Shown here piece after piece: positions 59,558 through 64,000 of a DNA stretch of 64,000 bases. Under the pieces are notes generated by a model. It saw only the letters and a program-made list of their open reading frames with translations. It searched no databases and was not told the origin of the DNA. The DNA is taken from contig OZ244057.1 of NCBI GenBank assembly GCA_965215515.1, positions 928,001-992,000 on the forward strand. The letters are read 5' to 3'. The position numbers and the translations under genes are program-made. Position 1 is the first letter of the stretch. The number at the start of each line of letters is the position of its first letter. The stretch comes from Oligoflexales bacterium (GTDB lineage: Bacteria > Bdellovibrionota_B > Oligoflexia > Oligoflexales > JAPPIL01).

Positions 59558-60561
59558 TGCGCTGGCTGTTGATATTGACAATTCTAGGGAGCGGAACACA
59601 AACGACACAGGCACGCAACTTGGAGATGTGGCGTAGCAGCTGGCGACAAGTAACCGCTGGTGCAGCACTCATGCTCGCCCTGCCACTGTCCAGCACGGCC
59701 GTGTGGGCACAGAATAGGGGAGGAGAAAATGCCCCTGACAGACAACAAAGCCCCCTGCCAAGAGAAACACGTTGGCACAAAGTTTTTGCAAGATCACCCG
59801 CCGAGTTTCGCTCCGTGATGAACTTGCAAATGGTCACCCCCCACAGCCGTCGCCTAGTCGGACACCTGATCTACCTGGGACAGGATCGTAACGATGAGGC
59901 CATGTTCATCACCATGCACAGCTCCCCCACACTCTACGCACCAGCGAACGGAGAGACCGAGCAAAATACTCTCTACTACATACTACAGGACTGGGACGGG
60001 ACGGTATGGGAAGATGTTAGCCTCGAACTCATCCACCTCTTCCCCACTACCGCACTCGATTTCTACGGTCTCTCGCTGCTCAAAATCACAGGACTCACAC
60101 AGCACGAACTTACCCCCGTGCAACTGGCAGGATTTCCCTACCAAACATCACCACTGAACCAACTCGGTTACTTCGCTGACGACGCTGCATCCTCGCCCGA
60201 ACTGGCCGCAGCCAACGCCGAGCACGACGACAACGCCATCGCTCACGCGGAACTGTCTCTCTACTGGCAACGCTGTCAAGCAGGCACGTTCGATCACGAA
60301 ACACAACTGGGAACAAACACCTGCGCCTCCTTCCCTACCTCCACGACACAAGGAGAAGCCATTTTCAATGCGCTGACACTGAAAGCCGTCGGCTTCTACC
60401 TGATCAAAGCTGCCCCAGATCCTACCCATGTCGTTGTTCACAAACGTATGGTGCTGGGCTTCGCACCCGCAGTACGTGCTCAAGTAGAGGCACTGGTGAG
60501 CGTCAGCCCCCGCCACAAACTGCCGCTTACCTGGGGAACACTAAAAGATACACAACAGTAA
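59557..60561 (+). CDS. Secreted hypothetical protein, degenerate trypsin-like fold, C-terminal KLPLTWGTLK
   Basis: TGATG coupling to the upstream paralog; GAGGAG RBS; same architecture. Confidence 0.75.
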   Translation: MRWLLILTILGSGTQTTQARNLEMWRSSWRQVTAGAALMLALPLSSTAVWAQNRGGENAPDRQQSPLPRETRWHKVFARSPAEFRSVMNLQMVTPHSRRLVGHLIYLGQDRNDEAMFITMHSSPTLYAPANGETEQNTLYYILQDWDGTVWEDVSLELIHLFPTTALDFYGLSLLKITGLTQHELTPVQLAGFPYQTSPLNQLGYFADDAASSPELAAANAEHDDNAIAHAELSLYWQRCQAGTFDHETQLGTNTCASFPTSTTQGEAIFNALTLKAVGFYLIKAAPDPTHVVVHKRMVLGFAPAVRAQVEALVSVSPRHKLPLTWGTLKDTQQ

Positions 60562-60563
60562 AA

Positions 60564-61604
60564 ATGACTCCCACCGCACAACTCGCCGCCACCGTGCGGC
60601 AAGCACGCTTGCTTTTCCTCGGCTGCGTGCCGTTGGTGCGCTCACGGCGGTTCGCCGCATTCCAACGCTGGCTGAAAAAAAAACAACACGCCGACATGTC
60701 CTACTTGGAAAAAAACCGCGACCTACGCGCCGACCCACGCCTACTCGGTGCAGGCTTGCGTGCCGCAATCATCATCGCCCTGCCCTACGGTCGCGGCGAT
60801 CGCCTACACACAACAACTCCACGCGTAGCTCAGTATGCACGACAATCCGATTACCACCGCATCATCAGAAAACGAGCGCAACAGATCATAGCCACACTGC
60901 AACTAGAACCGTATCGAATAGTAGTAGACACCGCACCGATCTTGGAACGCGAACTGGCTGAACGAGGAGGATACGGCTTCATCGGCAAAAACACCTGCTT
61001 CATCAGCCCCACCCACGGTAGCTACCTGCTACTCGGCGCAATTCTAGTACCCACACACGCCTGGGCACGAGCAGTCACACCCCCCGACCCCACCACACGC
61101 ACCACACATGGCGGCTGCGGTAGCTGTCAACGTTGTCAAGTCCACTGCCCCACAGGAGCGCTGGACGAAGCCTACCGACTCGATGCGCGCAAATGCCTGT
61201 CGTGGCTAACAATCGAAAACAAGGGCGAAATTCCGTCACAATACTGGCAGTTTCTGTCCAACTACTACTACGGCTGCGACCTCTGCCAAATCGTCTGCCC
61301 CTACAACCGCGGCAAACACAACAGCACCGAAACACAACTCCAACTACCGCCCCTAGAAAAAGTCGCCTGCATGACACAACGCGAGTACGAACACTACTTC
61401 GGCGGCACCACCCTGACGAGGGCAAAACGCGCTGGCCTGATGCGCAATGCCCTGATCGCCATGTACGTGCGCCAACACCCACGCCTCAAACACTGCCTCG
61501 CATCGCTGGCACAACGCCCAGACCTGCCCCAACACGATGCCTGGCAAAAAACCTGGCGCAAAATCAACGCCCTGTTGTCCGAGTCAGAATCAAATAAGGT
61601 ATAA
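60564..61604 (+). CDS. queG: Epoxyqueuosine reductase
   Basis: DYH, VDTAPILER, IGKN, CGSCQRCQVHCPT, GCDLCQIVCPYN. Confidence 0.95.
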   Translation: MTPTAQLAATVRQARLLFLGCVPLVRSRRFAAFQRWLKKKQHADMSYLEKNRDLRADPRLLGAGLRAAIIIALPYGRGDRLHTTTPRVAQYARQSDYHRIIRKRAQQIIATLQLEPYRIVVDTAPILERELAERGGYGFIGKNTCFISPTHGSYLLLGAILVPTHAWARAVTPPDPTTRTTHGGCGSCQRCQVHCPTGALDEAYRLDARKCLSWLTIENKGEIPSQYWQFLSNYYYGCDLCQIVCPYNRGKHNSTETQLQLPPLEKVACMTQREYEHYFGGTTLTRAKRAGLMRNALIAMYVRQHPRLKHCLASLAQRPDLPQHDAWQKTWRKINALLSESESNKV

Positions 61605-61652
61605 CGATGGTGATACTTTTTAGGGGAGCAGATCAGCGAGGTATTTGCAGAG

Positions 61653-62798
61653 TCAAAACAATCGCCCGCGCCACAGCTCGAGTAGAAAAGTTTGCCAATG
61701 CACAAGGTGAAATACGCCGTGTTTGCGGTTCATGCGATCTTGACTAACCAGGTAGAATTTTTGGAATACGCCCTCCTCGGACAATGCCCGCAAACCCTTG
61801 AGATCCCTTGTGGAGGTGTTGGTGGCAGCTTTGACTTCGATCGCAAGTTCCTTCCCAACAAGAAAGTCAACCTCATGCCCATAGCGAGAACGCCAGAAAT
61901 GCAGCTCTGTCATGTGCTTGCGTGTGTAAGACAGATAGGCACGCAATTCCATCAAGATAAACAGCTCGAAACTTTTCCCATAGAGAGTTGTCATGCGTTC
62001 GGTGTGTTCTATGCCAGCCAGCACACGTGCCACACCTGGATCGAAAAGATAAAATTTTGCGGTCGCGGTGGCCTTCCTGCTGCGTGATGCTCGCCAGGGC
62101 GGCAGTGTTATCCCCAATAAGGTATCCTCCAAAACCTGCACATACTCTCTGACGGTAGATGCCGCGACCTGACAGTCACGGCTGAGCCCGTTGTAGTTAA
62201 TCAACTCGCAGTTTGCTAGCGCCATCGTGCGCAAGAAGCGGGTGAAGGGCGGCAGCTGCCGCACAATGCCCTCCTCACGAATTTCTTCTTTCAGGTAAAC
62301 GGAAATGTAGGCGTTGAGTTCTTCATCTGGATCTTTCCCTGCATAGACGGCTGGCAAACCACCGTAGTGAAGATAACGATCTAAATCGAAGACATCTATC
62401 TCGGCAGACGTGAGAGGAAGAAGCTGTGCTAACCACGCACGACCCGCCAACAGGTTAGTCCCGCCACGCCGTAACTTACGCATGCTGCTGCCAGTGAGCA
62501 AAAAACGCACCCCACCCCTCTCGATCAAACGATGCACACTGTTAAGCAACTGAGGTAGGCGCTGAATCTCATCGATGGCTACAATCCCCTGCTTCGCACG
62601 TACCACCGTCGCCTCTAGACGCTCAGGCTCGGCAGCAAATTCAAGCAAAACCCTCTCATCGAGCAAATCGATAAGAATCGCCTGATCACGCAGCTGTTGC
62701 GCAATGAGGGTAGACTTGCCTACCGCCCGCGGGCCGAAGAGAAAGAACGATTTCTTCGCCAACAACCGCGGCAGGCTGAGGTAACGTGCAATCATCAT
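61653..62798 (-). CDS. AAA_14 ATPase with DUF4143 domain
   Basis: GPRAVGKS, IDEIQR, TGSS, LLAGRA, KFYLFDPG, EVDF, IEVK. Confidence 0.92.
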   Translation of the reverse strand: MMIARYLSLPRLLAKKSFFLFGPRAVGKSTLIAQQLRDQAILIDLLDERVLLEFAAEPERLEATVVRAKQGIVAIDEIQRLPQLLNSVHRLIERGGVRFLLTGSSMRKLRRGGTNLLAGRAWLAQLLPLTSAEIDVFDLDRYLHYGGLPAVYAGKDPDEELNAYISVYLKEEIREEGIVRQLPPFTRFLRTMALANCELINYNGLSRDCQVAASTVREYVQVLEDTLLGITLPPWRASRSRKATATAKFYLFDPGVARVLAGIEHTERMTTLYGKSFELFILMELRAYLSYTRKHMTELHFWRSRYGHEVDFLVGKELAIEVKAATNTSTRDLKGLRALSEEGVFQKFYLVSQDRMNRKHGVFHLVHWQTFLLELWRGRLF

Positions 62799-62910
62799 AC
62801 TATGCCTATTCTTACCCAATTTTGCCGCGAAATAAACACCCCTATCGTTAATTTTACCGAAAAAATAGCGATAGAGTTGTGCGTTTGCAGGGTGAGGGGT
62901 AGATTCCCCT

Positions 62911-63999
62911 CTAAACCTCCTCGCCTTCGACCTTGTCGACACGGGTGAAACCCGCCACTTTCTCGCCGTCATCGATATTCATAATCCGTACACCTTGCGT
63001 GACACGGCCGATAACTCCCACCTCGCTGACGTTGAAACGAGTAATCTTGCCCGCCGAAGTGATGATCACCAAATCATCGCTGTCCTCCACCAACGTCACG
63101 CCGACAACAGGGCCGTTACGTTTCGTGACCTTGATGGTATAAACACCCTTGCCACCCCGTGACTGCTGACGATACTCGTCCAACGTCGTGCGTTTGCCAT
63201 AACCGTTCTCGCACACAGAGAAAACCGTTCCCCTGCCACTGATGACCTCCATGCCAATGGCATAGTCACCATCTTCGCCAAAACGCATGCCCGTCACACC
63301 GCGCGAAGCACGCATCATCGGGCGCACACCACACTGATCGAAACGAATCGCCTTCCCCAGCCGCGAAGCAACCAGTACCTGATCGCCTTCCTCAACCAAC
63401 GCACACTTGATCAACGTATCGCCCTTGTCGAGCTTCAACCCGATAATCCCCGTCGCCCGCACGTTGGCATAGGCCGTCAATAACGTCTTTTTGACCATGC
63501 CCTTCGTGGTGCAAGACAACACATAAGTATCCTCCGTAAACTCACGCACGGGCAACACCGAGACGATCTTCTCGCCCCTCTTCAGCCCGATCATATTAGC
63601 GAAGTGCTTGCCTTTGGCGCGCAAATTTCCCTCAGGCATCGAAAACACCCGCAGGTTGTAAACCCGCCCCTCATTGCTGAAACATAACAGATGACAGTGG
63701 TTAGTAGTCTGGAACAAATCCTTGACGACATCCTCCTCCCTCGTCAGAATGCCGCTCTTGCCCTTGCCCCCCCGCCGCTGCGCCCGCACCTGCGCCAACG
63801 GAGTGCGTTTCGCATAGCCACCGAAGGTGATCGTCAACACCACCTCCTCGTCAGCCACCAAACTCTCCATGGTCAACTCGTCGGCCTTCTCCCCGATAAC
63901 CTCCGTGCGCCGCTCGTCACCATACTTCTCCCGAATCTCCGCCAACTCATCCTTGATAACCTGCACCACCCGCTGGGGATCATCGAGAATACCCTGATA
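62911..63999 (-). CDS. gyrA: DNA gyrase subunit A, 3' part (5' end outside the window)
   Basis: YGDERRT, GyrA-box QRRGGKG, beta-pinwheel repeats; frame is open to the window end. Confidence 0.96.
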   Translation of the reverse strand, partial: YQGILDDPQRVVQVIKDELAEIREKYGDERRTEVIGEKADELTMESLVADEEVVLTITFGGYAKRTPLAQVRAQRRGGKGKSGILTREEDVVKDLFQTTNHCHLLCFSNEGRVYNLRVFSMPEGNLRAKGKHFANMIGLKRGEKIVSVLPVREFTEDTYVLSCTTKGMVKKTLLTAYANVRATGIIGLKLDKGDTLIKCALVEEGDQVLVASRLGKAIRFDQCGVRPMMRASRGVTGMRFGEDGDYAIGMEVISGRGTVFSVCENGYGKRTTLDEYRQQSRGGKGVYTIKVTKRNGPVVGVTLVEDSDDLVIITSAGKITRFNVSEVGVIGRVTQGVRIMNIDDGEKVAGFTRVDKVEGEEV

Positions 64000-64000
64000 A

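Noticed and set aside
1..64000. CRISPR array or cas genes
   Set aside because: No regularly spaced repeat-spacer array and no Cas-like ORF. The repeats found are coding tandem repeats or parS palindromes.

Overview
64 kb of bacterial chromosome, mostly housekeeping genes: dnaG, yajQ, tpiA, rsmH-ftsL-ftsI-murE, thyX, dnaK, tRNA-Gln, purA, topA, ligA, fumC, folE, rimO, queG and the 3' end of gyrA. The gene mix (DUF1844, PocR/sigma54 activator, MqnP-type UbiA plus UbiX, multiheme cytochrome, many secreted proteases) suggests a Bdellovibrionota/Oligoflexia-like organism; this is inference. Eukaryote-like repeat proteins are interspersed (metalloprotease-ankyrin giant, LRR, TPR). Most notable: (1) a C-terminal motif K-x3-T-W-G-x-[LI]-K on two paralogous degenerate trypsin-like proteins with two tandem signal-like segments, and on an unrelated ankyrin fragment, which may be an undescribed protein-sorting system; (2) an AT-richer island (about 35.4-41.4 kb) where a near-identical signal+TM leader and promoter is fused to either a subtilase or a PI3/4-kinase-like domain, among IS903, Rpn and pilin debris; (3) an intergenic locus at 52.2-52.8 kb with interdigitated parS palindromes and DnaA boxes (candidate oriC or DnaA/ParB site); (4) a homopolymer-frameshifted ubiA/mqnP; (5) a gammaproteobacterial-type topA. 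No CRISPR array, rRNA or intact mobile element was seen. All calls come from reading motifs by eye; no searches were run.
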